Assembly: GCA_013239625.1 (NCBI GenBank)
Contig: MU056050.1
Span: 4,016,084-4,080,083 of the forward strand
DNA: 64,000 bases
Source of the DNA: Lama guanicoe
Lineage: Eukaryota
Direction: 5' to 3'
Position 1 is the stretch's first letter. Each line of letters begins with the position of its first letter. The notes below the pieces were generated by a model. The model was given only the letters and a program-made list of their open reading frames with translations, was not told the origin of the DNA and ran no database searches. Below are positions 62,471 through 64,000 of the stretch, piece after piece. The position numbers and the translations under genes were made by a program.

Positions 62471-64000
62471 TAAATGAATATTATTTGTAATAGCAAATTC
62501 AGGAATTGCTTAAGGAGCTGTCTAAAACCAGACATATATTAGACATATAGAGCATTAATCAGTGCTTAAGTGATATTTTAGGATCAAGAAATAAATCATG
62601 GAAAGCAGATGGGCTACACTATCAATGTATACAATATTTTTTGTATGATGAAATCTAAATTGGAGCTGTGGATTTATTTTGTGTATTTTAAGTTTACCTA
62701 ATGTTAATCCTGTAATAGCCCCAAGTTTATCTATTTTTAAACACTGGCTGTGCCAAGAAATGGAAATCTGAGGACTATTTCCATGGTATTTTTAACATCC
62801 TAAAGCAAAAGACAACCATTTAAATGAATGGGAGGGGTATAACTTCACAGCTGGAAACTGGATTTGACAGAGAGTACCAGTGATAGACTATTTCCTGTGG
62901 AGGATATCACAAAGTAATACAGTAGCAGTCGAAACAACAGTCTTTGTAACACATTGTACTGGCTTCATTTATCTGTTCAATAAATAGGAAATCTACTTAA
63001 GCCACAGTGCCAAGATATGCTATTTCTTTCACCTCAAATGCATTTTTCACATTGCCTTTGTGATAATGGGAAAAAAAGTGTTATAAACAAAGAGAAGGTC
63101 TTTTATTCCACAGAATACTTAATTCATGTAGTGAAGCTACTAGCTGAGGTTTCTGTTTAGTTTTTAAGAAATTAAGTAATTTAAAATTCATGTCAACAAT
63201 GAGGTATTTAGAAAATGGATTTGTAGTCTCATGATTAAATCTATACACTAGTTTTATATGAAGTATGAAAATATAGGGAAATATGGAAAATGTTTAGTAT
63301 ATTAAAATAGTAAGTAAGGTATCTCCACATGATGACAAACATTATAATGAATTTTATTCTTCCCAGATTCGTGATGTTAACAGAACCTTTTGTGTGAAGT
63401 GCAAAGTTTTATTTCATTTTCAACTTTCTTTTGTCCTCTGAGAAGCCATTGGTAGAGTATTCTGCTGTTTGATGTCAAAATAAGAAAAATAATATCGTAG
63501 AATGCTCTAAAAACTAGGAATATAGTAACAAAATGCTAATCTGGATCCTTGGTTGAGAGAGAGTGATGGGGGGATAAGCATTGCTGCAGTTTTAATGTCG
63601 CCACAATATCTCATCATTATACCACATAGCATGGTTACTATGTTTCGTCAGATATGTTATATGACTCAACCATTTCTGTGCATCAAGATTATATAGGACA
63701 TTAAGTAAAAGAACAGAAGTGGATGACATTTTCATATTGAATTCAGTATTATATATACTCTTTTCAAAATTAAGGGCAACTCATAATCTAAGAGATGGAC
63801 CTAACATTTTAAAAGAAGCAAAGGCCCTGGATGCAACCAGAAGCTACTGATTTTCACTGGAGCTGATAAAAGTTATTTAATTGGTGCTTTTTCAAAGTAC
63901 CTTGGCAATATCGATAAATATGGTAGAAAAACATGCTCGTCCTATAAAATAAAAAAATAACTATTCTTTATGTCAAGAGAAAGAAATTTCTCCAGTTTAT

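Noticed and set aside
63350..63445. Plus-strand exon after ttttattcttcccAG
   Set aside because: No good donor follows, the first frame ends in a stop after 24 codons, and the peptide is unrecognised.

Overview
AT-rich, CpG-depleted mammalian genomic DNA, almost certainly camelid (alpaca/llama/camel): it carries three copies of a tRNA-Ala-derived SINE matching the camelid vic-1 family. More than half of the window is recognisable transposable-element debris. This comprises many L1 fragments (mostly minus strand), ancient L2, MIR and L3/CR1 remnants, at least seven ERV1-class solo LTRs (several with 4-bp target-site duplications), MaLR MLT1 LTRs, hAT/Tigger DNA-transposon relics and the 5' part of an ERV-L provirus with a decayed gag. 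I found no intact protein-coding gene; the supplied ORFs are mostly L1/ERV pieces or chance frames. I did not find a convincing novel biological system. The best observations are a MER41-like LTR with altered STAT (GAS) sites, an internally deleted L1, a triple nested insertion with its empty-site homologue in the same window, a templated-filler junction between opposed L1s, and a few speculative splice-site pairs. Family names come from recalled consensus sequences, not a database search, and boundaries of old repeats are approximate.
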